A stretch of DNA of 64,000 bases, taken from assembly GCA_951406725.2 (NCBI GenBank), contig OX597828.1, positions 10,974,001 to 11,038,000 on the forward strand, written 5' to 3'. Below, in pieces: positions 53,091 to 64,000 of this stretch; the first letter of the stretch is position 1, and each line of letters opens with the position of its first letter. Under the pieces are notes generated by a model. It saw only the letters and a program-made list of their open reading frames with translations. It did not search any database and was not told the origin of the DNA. The position numbers and the translations under genes are program-made. This DNA comes from Octopus vulgaris (Eukaryota).

Positions 53091-53764
53091 AGTTTAGCTC
53101 TTTGCTTAAATTGTCCGCCTTTTTGTCTCGAGTCGGTTTATTTCTTTCTTCTGCTGCTGAGTTCTAGATGCTTCTTTCATAACTTTGAATCATTCCATTC
53201 TGGGTTCGCATCTCCTCAATTAACTTCATGCCGAGTAACACAATTAGTTTTTTTTTAGTTATAGTTTTATTTTATTTAGTTATCTATTCAAATCGGTGTT
53301 CATAGGAAGTGTGCTACCTTAGTTTATTATATTTGGTTTCAGATCACCGACCATTATTAGTATTTGTATTTCATCGATCATAAGGGTTAATTATGAATTA
53401 AGTTTACAAGTATTACTAACAGTTATTCTTCAGTATGTTAATAATTTTTATTAATTCGTTTCATTGATTTGAATTATTGTGATTGGATATTTGTTTGACT
53501 GCTGTGAAAATATCGAATCCCGGTGAAGCAAATCAACGAATCGATTTACTAAAAATTATGAACTCATTGAAGTTTAGCTGTAATACTTGTAAACCTAATT
53601 CATACGATAAACCTCACCGATTTACTCCTTTTCTTCTTCTTTATCATCATCATATTATTAATATTATGAGTATAACAAGACAGCGAGCGATTAGAATAGA
53701 ACATCAGACAAAATGCTTAGCGACATCTATTCCAGTTCTGAGTTAAAATACATTTGAAGTCATC

Positions 53765-54191
53765 GGATCTTTTCGGTTTGAACGGCAGTTTTTTAAAATA
53801 ATTTTCACGTAACTAAACACTTTTAAACTTCCTATACTGGTAGAATGTGTTTATAAAACATCTTTTTCTCTTGGCTTTTTGAGAAAATTTTATAGTTTGT
53901 AAGATATTTGTTGTTTTTTCTTCAATTTCTGCAATTTCAACCAATCAATGACGTCTATTGAGGTAAAAAAAACATTCTGTGCCGTATGAATATGTCCATC
54001 GTTTAAGAAGCAGATTCGGTTTATTTATATTTCTGAAGAAAAAAGATACCCTTCCCACCACCCCTAACCCTAACTAGCCCTAACCGTAAAACAGATTGAA
54101 ATGCAATAGATCGATACTAGGATCATAATTATGGGTGATAATTTCATATGACGACCACTAGAAAAAACTGCCGTTCAAACCGAAAAGAACC
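53765..54191 (-). mobile_element. Merlin-type MITE (inverted copy)
   Basis: Same TIRs; TSD AAGTCATC/AAATCATC (1 mismatch); CCCTAA repeats. Confidence 0.9.
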
Positions 54192-54258
54192 AAATCATCA
54201 ATGATTTTCATGCTTTCGGGCAGGAAATATTGTTGTTGACCGAGTGCCCAAGTCAAAA

Positions 54259-54297
<39 letters not shown>

Positions 54298-54298
<1 letters not shown>

Positions 54299-54472
54299 GG
54301 CAGCAAACTGGCCGAAACGTTAACACGCCAGGCAAAATGATTAACGGCATTTGGTCTGTCCTTACGTTGTGAGTTCAAATGCCGCTGAGGTCGACCAGTC
54401 GGGCAGTGGGGTTGATGTAATTGACTAGCTTTATCACCCAACATTTCAGGCCTTGTACCTATAATAGAAAGA
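54298..54472 (+). mobile_element. SINE, Meta/MESC-like family, within (ATT)n
   Basis: GGCAGCAAACTGGCCGAAACGTTAACACGCC...GAGTTCAAATGCC. Confidence 0.75.
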
Positions 54473-55224
54473 ATTATTATTATTATTATATGGGCTGTAA
54501 TCCCTTTTGGCTACAATGAAGAGAAAATTACAAGATTTTCTGGGATAGGTACAAGTACTCGGAAATTTCTAATGCTAGTGTAACTTCAAAATTTCTATTA
54601 TAAGGCCGCACTATGAAAATAAACTTGACTGCAAATTTTAGAATTGTTATTAGTTATTTCTGCAGAAATTCATCACAAATCGAGTACCCTCATTAAAGTC
54701 CACGTGGAGATTGATAGCGCAGAACTATTTATATCAAACACAATACTTTTAGTAGCGACGTTTATAATTTAAAACCTGTAGTTACAGATTATTGAATATT
54801 CAATCTGTTGCGTATGAAATGAGTAACAATCCTCATGTGATGTTTGGCTATCAGCTGCACCAAAAGGCATTCAGTGTTTACAGTAAGTATAACTGGACCA
54901 GAGTGTTGTTGATTTCTTCTTCTACTTCTTCTTCTTCCAATCAGGATTCACGCCATTAGCCACAAAGAATAATCTCTAATTCGAGCTTATTCTAAGCTAC
55001 TAAGAATGCGTGTGGCAACTTGAAGATCCACTCACCACAGATGATTGACTGGCGGTTGCACGGGCGCGAAAGCTACGTTGTTATCCTCAGTGCGTAAACG
55101 ATGGCTTATTTTAACGGGTGGAGAGCAGAACCATCCTGGGGTACAGAGGATTCGCAATCTAGACTAGGGTCTGAAAGTTTACCACACCATTGTGGGTTAC
55201 GCCATGGTTCCTCTGCTTTGTGGC

Positions 55225-55428
55225 AGAAGCAGGAAGAAAGAGTGAGAGAAAGTTGGGGTGAAAGACTACAGCAGGGTTCAGCCGCCCTCCCCTCCCCTCC
55301 CCGGCCGCCGGAGCATCGTGGAGCTTAGGTGCTTTTGCTCAATAAACACTCACAATGCCTGGTCTGGGAATCGAAACAGCGTTCCTACGACCACGAGTCC
55401 TTTTCCCTAACCACTGGGCCATTGCGCC
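55225..55428 (-). mobile_element. tRNA-derived SINE 5' module (11066/34838 head)
   Basis: CCCTAACCACTGGGCCATTGCGCC and GGAGCTTAGGTG motifs. Confidence 0.8.
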
Positions 55429-56362
55429 CCCCCCCCCTGCTGTTGTTGTTGCTGCTGTTGTTGTGCTTGTTTAACCTCATGTGAGCCCTGATCGTCTAGA
55501 TTTAAAATGTTCTAGAATAGTTTTTAAAGCTCTGTATTTTCTTATGTATCTTTCTCTTGTTTTGGGCGATTGAATATGATTTGAGGGAGAAATGGTTGTT
55601 ATTTTAATTTTGTCATGCGACAGTAAAACACGGCTAGGCCCATAGGCACTACACATTCATGGGAGTCAAACTCGCTGCTCTCGGCTTTCGGTTTTAAACC
55701 TCTCTTAACTCGGCAATCAGTTACCCTCAATATTATATTAATATCGATTACTTAATCATTGATTTGGTGGTGGTCTCTGTTTTTGTTATGTCGTTTTACT
55801 TTTCGTACGCGTACAGTGACAAATTTCTTTTCAGAAAACAATTCTGATAACTGATAATTTCTGATTATAACAATACATCATTGAAGGTTTTTCAGAAAAT
55901 AAAAAACATTTATAATAAATTCACCTTACATAGAAAATACATTAAAAAATCTAGTCAGCTTACATATCTTATAATCGGCGAAACAGATCAAAGAATCCAC
56001 ACAAGAAATATTGTTGTTGTTGTTTTTTTCGTAAATTATAAAAAGTAAAGCATTAATTTAAATGAATTCAAGTCGTTGAGAGAAAAAAAATATTCAAAAC
56101 TGATGAGAAAAGATGTTGAAATCAAAGTGATTTATGAAAAGTCATCAAAATTTATTTCATGTCATTGAATTAGCGAAGAAAACTGAAAAATCTAATAATT
56201 ATATTGAAAAACATTATAAAATACATTTTATGTATTTTTTATGTATCCTCTCGGCTGTTATATGTTTACTGCAAGATGACTTTTCATCATTTAAAAAGAG
56301 AATAAGAGAATACAAAACAACAATGATAAAAGTAAGCCAAAAAAAAATAATATAGCAAAAAC

Positions 56363-56397
<35 letters not shown>

Positions 56398-56735
56398 TTG
56401 AAATCGAAGAAAGAGAGAAAGTGGGGAAAAGTATTAATGTAATATTACGAAGAAAACAAAAGAAAGTTATACAAGCTACTTATTCTTGAGCGACATCATT
56501 GTCAGAGAAGAACAATGGCAAGAAACATCTAATGATGAACAACACGAAACAAAGATGACGGTGATGGTGACGACAGCAGACAACAAACGAGTTACAGAAG
56601 AGACTAATCTAAAGACAGAGAGCGCCAAATAGACATCTAATGGGGGTAAGGTGTCATAAAACTTGACATAGGGACACATGGGTGTTGAGTTCGTATCAAG
56701 GTTGGCACAACTTGCAGATTATTTTTATTTTAAAT

Positions 56736-56791
<56 letters not shown>

Positions 56792-57118
56792 CTGTGATTG
56801 TATGTATATATGTTATTTTAGAAAGGAAAAGTTTAGCCAACTTCAAGATTATATTATATAGCTTTCATCGGTCTGTAGGTTACTTTGTTCTCCGAGTTTT
56901 ATGTATACAACTTGCGGGAGAAGTGAATAACTGGAAAATAAAATAACTTCATTGTAACTTTTACCCTTTTCCTACTAAAATTTATATTAATCAGCCGAAA
57001 TTGCGAAGATGATCCGGTTCTTGACTGATGATTGAGGGCTTCGCATGTCCCGTCCGTGTTTTTTGTATCGTCTTCTAAATGTTTCACGTTCTTGTCCCAG
57101 TTTGTATATTTTTTTTAC

Positions 57119-57163
<45 letters not shown>

Positions 57164-57167
<4 letters not shown>

Positions 57168-57580
57168 AAGGGTAGAATTAATTAATTAATTAATTAATAA
57201 TTCCACCAAGTAGTGATTCGGTATGTAAAAGCCCATTATCCGTAAACTTAAACAATATTTATTATAATAAGGGTTAGGCAAAAGAATTTGCTTCACCACA
57301 CACCGAACTTTAGAAATAGCAGCTAAAGAACTTAGCTATTTCTTCTACTGTAAGAAACAACTCCCAGACAATATATACTCAAAACGCGTCCACAGTTAAT
57401 CAAATGCCAGGTGAATTTCGTTATTTTCTTTCTCTGCCTACGTGATATGTTTTTGAGTATATATTGTCTGGGAGTTGTTTCTTACAGTAGAAGAAATAGC
57501 TAGTTTCTTTGGCTGCTGTTTCTAAAGTTCGGTGTGTGGTGAAGCAAATTCTTTTGCCTAATCCTTATTATAATAAATAT
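57164..57580 (+). mobile_element. Leader-plus-foldback element A (130-bp arms, 66-bp spacer)
   Basis: 57255-57384 is the reverse complement of 57451-57580 with 5 differences; 91-bp unique leader; TA flanks. Confidence 0.85.
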
Positions 57581-57586
57581 ATATAT

Positions 57587-57860
57587 ATTATAATTTTGGG
57601 TATCTAAGAGATACCACCACGCTGGAAATAGCAGCCAAAACCTGACTCTAAAACCACATTAAATGTTCATACTGCACCAGGAGATGTACGAACATTTAAT
57701 GTGGTTTAGAATCTGGTTTTGGCTGCTATTTCCAGCGTGGTGTTACCCCTTAGATACCCTAAATTATAATTTTAATAATAATTATTACCTTTGAAGGATT
57801 TTATTCCCATGCTGGCCACTTGATAAGATCGATATTTAAATTAACGATTTTATCCTTATT
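57587..57860 (-). mobile_element. Leader-plus-foldback element B (~85-bp arms, 13-bp loop)
   Basis: 57587-57672 pairs with 57686-57770; leader 57771-57860 resembles the leader of A. Confidence 0.8.
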
Positions 57861-57861
57861 T

Positions 57862-57914
57862 CGGTGCCCCAGCATGGCCACAGCTCATGAGCTGAAACTA
57901 GAATCAATCAATCA

Positions 57915-57916
<2 letters not shown>
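57862..57916 (+). mobile_element. Isolated CR1-group LINE/SINE 3' tail
   Basis: CGGTGCCCCAGCATGGCCACAGCTCATGAGCTGAAACTAG(AATC)n matches 6116-6158. Confidence 0.75.
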
Positions 57917-57973
<57 letters not shown>

Positions 57974-58039
57974 TACGAAAGATATTGAATGACACTCCAG
58001 TTTAATATTCAACTGATTCAGCTAAGCAATTTTACATAA

Positions 58040-58408
58040 GAGCTGGCGTGGCTCTGTGGTAAGAATCTTGCTTCCTAATGACATGATTCCAGAATCAGTC
58101 CCACTGCGGGGTTCCATGAGCAGGTGTCTTCTACTATGCCTGCGGGCCGATCAAATGCTTGATAGTGGATTTCATAAGCAGAAACTGAAAGTTTGTCCTT
58201 CACCACCTCTTGACAATCTGTTGGTGTATTTACGCCCCAGTAACGTAACGGTTTGGCAAAAGAAAACGATCGAATAAGTACCGGGTTTTAAAAATATAAA
58301 GACATTAAGTACCAGGAGTCGATTAATTCGTCTAAAAATTCTTCACGGCAGTGCTGCGGAATGGCAGCAGTCTAATGACTGAAACAAGCAAAAATTAAAT
58401 AATAAAAA
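58040..58408 (+). mobile_element. Long SINE copy (family of 24381)
   Basis: GGCGTGGCTCTGTGGTAAG...GTCTTCTACTAT...GCAGTCTAATGACTGAAACAAG. Confidence 0.8.
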
Positions 58409-58549
58409 TACAGGTGTTAAAATATATGTAGTTGTGTTACGATTAATGTTTCATAATTACTATGAGCAAGAATCGTCAACAATATTCATTCATAATACTA
58501 AGCATTTTTATATCCACTATGTACAACTTATTGGAATGTATGTTATGTG

Positions 58550-58808
58550 TACTCTTTTACTTGTTTCAGCCATTTGACAATGTCCATGCTGGAGCACCGC
58601 CTTTAGTCGAGCAAATTTACCCCAGCACTTTGTTAGCCTAGTACTTAATCTATCAGTCTCTTTTGCAGAACCTATAGTTTACGGGGACGTAAACGCAGCA
58701 GCATCGGTTGTCAAGCGATGTTGGGGGGACAAACACAGACATGCAAACACACACACACTCCATGTGGTTCGTAGGCAAGCTACGTACCACACAGCCACTC
58801 CTACGCCT
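58550..58808 (-). mobile_element. Long SINE copy with internal deletion
   Basis: Matches 24381-24814 at both ends. Confidence 0.85.
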
Positions 58809-59189
58809 GCGAGTGGATTCGGTAAGCTTGAATAAATGAATGATAAAATGACCACGATATGATAGGGGCAGAATTTTATATAAAATAGCCATCGGTCACA
58901 ATATGAAAGAAGGTGTTAAATAAAGTTTTAATGATGTTGTTCAAACGCGCGTCAAACGACAAATAGCCAAGGACTTTAATAAGAATGGTCTTCATAGAAT
59001 TCTGATCTCCAGGTTTATCATAGGCATGCTAAATAATTCTCAAATATTTCGTGACATTTTTAGAGGCAAAATCTAAGTTTGTCTTTTATTTGTCAATGTC
59101 CATTGAAGGCAGGCGTCAAAGATCATTGACGAGGGAAAATGTCAGCGTTATAGAAGAGTTCAAGGATGTAGCCAACATTTACTCTGGTC

Positions 59190-59735
59190 AATATTAACAT
59201 ATGGAGTTCAAACACCGCCGGCCTCAACTCTGGCTTTTATCCTTTCGGGGTCGATAAAATAAGTATTTGACTTGCCCCCTGCTCAGAAACTGCTGGCATT
59301 GTACCAAAATTTGAAATCAATATTAACAACTGTAGTTAAATGGTGAGCTGGGAGAATTGTTAGCACGCCGGGCAAAATGCTTAGCAGCATTTTGTCCGAC
59401 TTCGTGTTCTGAGTTCAATATCGACCGAGGTCGATTTTACCTTTCATCATATCGTGGTTCATAAAATAAATACCAGTTGAGCACTCCCACAAAATTACTG
59501 GCCTTGTGCCAAAATTTGAAACTAATATTTCGAAACGTAAGAAGGCAGCTTGTTGGCAGAATCGTTAGAACGCCGGACAAAATCCTCAGCGGCATTTCGT
59601 TTGTGCGTTCAAATACTGTCGAGGTCGACTTTGCTTTTCATCCTTTCAGGGTCGATAAAATAAGTAACAGTTGAGCACAAGGGTCAATGTAATCAATTTA
59701 TCAACTCCCCCTAAATTTCTGGACTTCCAAATTTA
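59190..59735 (+). mobile_element. Cluster of three Meta/MESC-like SINE copies
   Basis: Three (T/C)TTTCATCCTTTC.GGGTCGATAAAATAAGTA-type cores near 59240, 59445 and 59640. Confidence 0.8.
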
Positions 59736-60008
59736 AACATTCAAGGTTGCAATTCACGGAAGTCTAACTGCTGTATACACACATCTATAATTCAAAGTCT
59801 ATAGCATTTAGGGACCTTAAGTAACAAATATCAACAAATACGTATTAAAGTGAACGGTTGCATGTATGAAGGGATTCATTACTGGCGGTAGAATCCCAAG
59901 TATTATGTATTCGGTTTGCTTACTATTTCGTTTCCTATACCCTAGATATTTATAACAATCTACACACCTAACTATCTGTTTGGCTGCATTTATGTATGTG
60001 TGACTGCG

Positions 60009-60307
60009 TGAAGGCGCGTGGCTTAGTGGTTAGGGGCATTCGGCTCATAATCTGAGAGTTGTGTCCTTGAGCAATACACTTTATTTCACGTTGCTCCATT
60101 CCACTCCGCTGGCAAAAATGAGTAGTACTTGTATTTCAAAAGGCCAGCCTTGTCACACACTGTGTTACACTGAATCTCCCCGAGAACTACGTTAAGTGTA
60201 CACGTGTTTGTGGAGTGCTCAGCCACTTGCACGTTAATTTCACGACCAAGCTGTTCCGTTGATCGTATTAGCTGGGACCCTCATCGCTGCAATCGACGGA
60301 GTACTCC
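60009..60307 (+). mobile_element. CORE-type tRNA-derived SINE
   Basis: GGCGCGTGGCTTAGTGGTTAGG, GTGTCCTTGAGCAATACACTTTATTTCAC, tail ...AATCGACGGAGT. Confidence 0.85.
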
Positions 60308-60344
60308 TTTATGTGTGACTGTATATATATATATATATATATAT

Positions 60345-61089
60345 ATAATAAAGGGCATAGAAAAACATTTGCCCATATGCTGAAAAGAGATGCTAAATCG
60401 TCTAACCACTTTAAATCATCACCTAAATTACACACGTGCTGAAATCGAGGGAGTAAGCTAACGAAACTTCATAAAAATGTAGTTATCGCTGGATTGATCA
60501 ATTTCTGGATTAGCCTAATGGCTTTTCGTCGTCAGTAGAGACTACTGAAGTAAATAAATGAAATGTTTATACATACCAACAGGAAAGCAAACGCAAAGCA
60601 ACGGTTACATATAAACACCACAAATACATCCACGTCGAATTTCGTAGCCTACCTCAGCAACGTGTGTATACGGTCTAGTCACTTATGGACTACGCTGACC
60701 GTATACACACATTGCTGAAGTTGGCGACTAAATTCGACGTGGATGTATTGGTGGTATTTATAAGTAATCGTGGATTTGCGTTTGTTTACCAGAGGAAATG
60801 TGTAAATATTTCATTTATTTCCTTCAGTAGGAAAAGCCATTCGGCTAATCCACAAATTGATCAATCCAGGGATCCTTTTTATCCTTTTCCCTTTTATTTT
60901 TTTTTTTGTCATTTGACTGGAGCATCGCCTCTAGTCGACCAAATCGACCCCCAGAACTTATTCTTCGTAAGCCTAGTACATATTCTATCAGTCTCTTTTG
61001 CCGAACTGCTAGGTTACGGGAACGTAAACACACCAGCATTGTTTGTCAAGAGATGGTGGGGCGACATACACCGACACACTAACATATAC

Positions 61090-61120
<31 letters not shown>

Positions 61121-61490
61121 CGACAGGCTTCTTTCAGTTTCCGTCTACCAAATCCACTCACAAGGCTTTGATCGGACCGAGGCTATAGTAGAAGACACTT
61201 GCCCAAGGTACTACATAGTGAGACTGAACCCGGGACCATGTGGTTCGTAAGCAAGCACTTTCTACACACCTGCGCCTATAACTATATATTTATGAATTTT
61301 CATTAGCCTACTCCCTCGATTTCACCACGTGTGTAATTTGGTAATGATTTAAAGTCGTTAGATGATTTAGCGTCTCTTTTCAGCATATAAGCAATATTTT
61401 TCTCTACGCCCTTAATTATAATTATATATATGATTTCACCTTAATAGGTCTGGGTTTTTTTTTAATTTTAACGATTTTATACTTTATTAC
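60345..61490 (-). mobile_element. Leader-plus-foldback element C (~330-bp arms) interrupted by a SINE
   Basis: 60345-60675 pairs with 60697-60873 plus 61278-61420; leader 61421-61490 resembles leader B. Confidence 0.8.
60874..61277 (-). mobile_element. Long SINE nested in foldback C
   Basis: Family of 24381; the foldback arm resumes exactly across it (CCAGGGAT|...|ATAACTAT). Confidence 0.9.
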
Positions 61491-61649
61491 ATATATACAG
61501 TCATCAATGTGTATTTGCTCGGGCTGCTGATTCGGTTCGTCGCAAAACTGAATCTCTTATCTGATAGAACGAACAAAATTTCGTAGTTCTGAGCAGCAAC
61601 AGAATGTTTACCAGCTCTGAACAAATTTTCAGCGTCTCTAATCATGTAC

Positions 61650-62029
61650 CGTGACACTCCGTCGGTTACGACGACCAGAGTTCCAGTTGATCCGATCAAC
61701 GGAACAGCCTGCTCGTGAAATTAACGTGCAAGTGGCCGAGTACTCTACAAACACGTCTACCCTGAAGGCAGTTCTCGGAAAGATTCAGCGTGACACAGAG
61801 TGTGATAAGGCTAGCCCTTTGAAATATAGGTACAACAGAAACAGGAAGAAAAAGTGAGAGAGAGTTGTGCTAAAAGAGTACAGCAGGGTCCACCACCACC
61901 CCCTACAGGAGCCTCGTGGAGCTATAGGTGTTTTCGCTCAATAAATACTCACAACGCCCGGTGTGGGAATTGAAACTGTGATCCTACTACTGCAAGTCCG
62001 CTGCCTTAACCACTGAGCCATTGCGCCTT
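61650..62029 (-). mobile_element. Chimeric SINE: 11066-type head plus 3' module of the CORE-SINE family
   Basis: Head GAAGGCGCAATGGCTCAGTGG...AGCTCCACGAGGCTCC joined to GTCACGCTGAATC...GCACGTTAATTTCACGAGCAGGCTGTTCCG...CGTAACCGACGGAGTG. Confidence 0.85.
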
Positions 62030-62102
62030 CAGAATCATGAAGACATATACATATATATAAAATACAGGCTACCCCAGAATTAACTATCTGTTTCAATGAA
62101 AT

Positions 62103-62832
62103 CGGGCAAGTTTCAAAAAAAAATTGACAGGATCTTATGTTCAATACTTAACTATAATACCAAAACAGATTTATAAATCTTACTTCTAAACCCTGTGATC
62201 TGTCTGTATGCCCGCAAAAATCAAATCTATCTTTAGCGTTGCAAAACGTTCCTTGAACTCGGCTTCTCAATGTTTCTCTTGCATATCAACACAGAATTGT
62301 TTGCGCTTTCGCTTTTCATTTGCAGTTATGGCCTGAACGAGCTGCAGCTTGTAGGGTTTAAATGGCAAAGTGTTTCCTCAGGACGCGCCAAACTTTCGTT
62401 GGAGAAACCTGTGTTTTCAAACTTGTTTTTCTTATAGACTTCTTGGGGCTTCGCAAGAGATTTTGGCGAACCAGCTCGACCGTCTTTTCCGATGTTTGTG
62501 GTCGTCCAGATCCTTTTGCCCTGCACAGACAGTCTCCCTCTTTGAATTTTTTCTACCATGTCCAAATCTGCATTGCCGTTGACGACTTTTTAGAGAACTC
62601 TCCCACAAATGCACGCCGCACAGTCCTGTTCGACTGTGTTGGAGCATACTCCAACACACGAAACGCATTTTCTCTCCTAGTGAATGCCATTTCTATACCT
62701 GAAAAGGTAAATATATCATATATTAAGCATACACTTTTGACCTGTTTCTACGCATGCTGTTAAAATTGAAAGTCATTGGGAACAAGAACCTGCAAAGTTA
62801 ATAGAGATATGAATTTTTTTTGAAACACCCTA
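62103..62832 (-). mobile_element. Internally deleted rosa/Visitor (DD41D-type) Tc1/mariner element
   Basis: End GGGTGTTTCAAAAAAAA. ATG at 62690 gives MAFTRRENAFRVLEYAPTQSNRTVRRAF...W*KKFKEGDCLCRAKGSGRP...RSPKKSIRK...VWRVLRK/KPYKLQLVQA (DUF4817-like HTH). The catalytic core is absent, so the DD41D call rests on the N-terminus. Confidence 0.8.
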
Positions 62833-62901
62833 TATATGAAAACTGAAGTGAAGACCAAGTATATAATGTGGGTGGTTAATTAGCAAAAAATATGACAATC
62901 C

Positions 62902-62969
<68 letters not shown>

Positions 62970-63283
62970 GCACACACACATTCGTTATGTTACAGACAAG
63001 TGTCCTCTACATAGAATACACTTCGAAGCACTCAAGAGATTTGAACTTGAGCCGGTAGATGAGTAAACGTAATATTCTGCGTAAATCGAGTTGCCACACT
63101 CACTTGTCATTACACTTATACACATACAAACGTGTGTGTGTGTCAGTTGTTTCCCTTTCCACAGCTTGAAAACCAGTAGTTAGATCCCCCATAACCTAGT
63201 GGTCTGGCAAAGAGAAGATTGAATTTCTACCAGGCTTAAAAAGAAAATAACTTACTGGGGTCGATTCATTTGACAAAAATTTC

Positions 63284-63704
63284 GGATCTTTTCGGTTTCA
63301 ACGGCAGTTTTTTCTAGCGGTGTCATATGAAATTGTCACCCATAATTATGACCCTAGTATCGATCTATTGCATTTCAAACTGTTTTACGGTTAGGGTTAG
63401 TTAGGGTTAGGGTGAAGGGTATCTTTTTTTCTTCACAAATGTAAATAAACCCAATCTGTTTCTTAAACGGGGGATATATTCATACGGCACAGAATGTTTA
63501 TTACTTCAATGTACGTCAGTGATTGGTTGAAATTGCAGAAATTGAAGAAAAAAACCAACAAATATCTTACAAACTATAGAATTTTCTCAATAAAGCCAAG
63601 AGAAAAAGATGTTTTATAAACACATTCTACCAGTATACGAAATTTTAAATTTTTTAGTTACCTAGAAATTATGTTAAAAACTGTCGTTCGAACCGAAAAG
63701 AACC
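63284..63704 (+). mobile_element. Merlin-type MITE nested in a SINE tail
   Basis: TIRs GGATCTTTTCGGTT / AACCGAAAAGAACC; perfect TSD AAAATTTC at 63276-63283 and 63705-63712; SINE sequence continues on both sides. Confidence 0.92.
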
Positions 63705-64000
63705 AAAATTTCTTCAAAGTAATGCCCCAGCACGACCGCAGTCTAATGACCTTGACAAATAAAGAATAAAAGATATTTACATTCATAATATATCAGAGCC
63801 GTATGAATTTCAAACGATCGTAATGAGGGACTAAATGCTTATCGTCAGCGCTTCGGACACCTACCTTTCGACTCTTTACGTACTGAGTTCTAAGTCCACC
63901 GAGGTCAACTTTGCCTTTCATCTTTACAGAATCGATAAAGTACCAGTCAAGAACTGAGATCAGAGAAATTGTCTAACCCCTTGCTTCCCAAAATCGCTGG

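Noticed and set aside
56095-56140. CTGATGA...GAAA hammerhead-like motif
   Set aside because: Stem II is only 2 weak pairs and stem I is out of register with the NUH site.
56990-57045. GAAA...CTGATGA type II hammerhead candidate
   Set aside because: Stems I and II cannot be formed in register.

Overview
Repeat-dense, AT-rich eukaryotic DNA with no recognisable host protein-coding gene. It is intergenic or lies in a large intron. The SINE families and extreme microsatellite load suggest an octopus/coleoid cephalopod (inference). Nearly all ORFs in the track are microsatellite artefacts. Supported elements: a near-intact DD34D mariner (one frameshift), deleted derivatives of three other Tc1/mariner lineages, a Penelope-like GIY-YIG fragment followed by a degenerate minimal hammerhead, CR1-group, RTE and CRE-like LINE fragments, a non-autonomous Helitron, a Merlin-type MITE family (8-bp TSD, internal TTAGGG repeats) and dozens of tRNA-derived SINEs, some as head-to-tail multimers. 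The most unusual signal is a family of AT-rich, (TA)n-embedded elements (7.4 kb, 57.2 kb, 57.6-57.9 kb, 60.3-61.5 kb). Three of the four consist of a ~70-90 bp unique leader plus a long foldback, and a short leader/arm stem is retained by compensatory changes. All alignments were done by eye. SINE boundaries are approximate and family names recalled from the literature need database confirmation.
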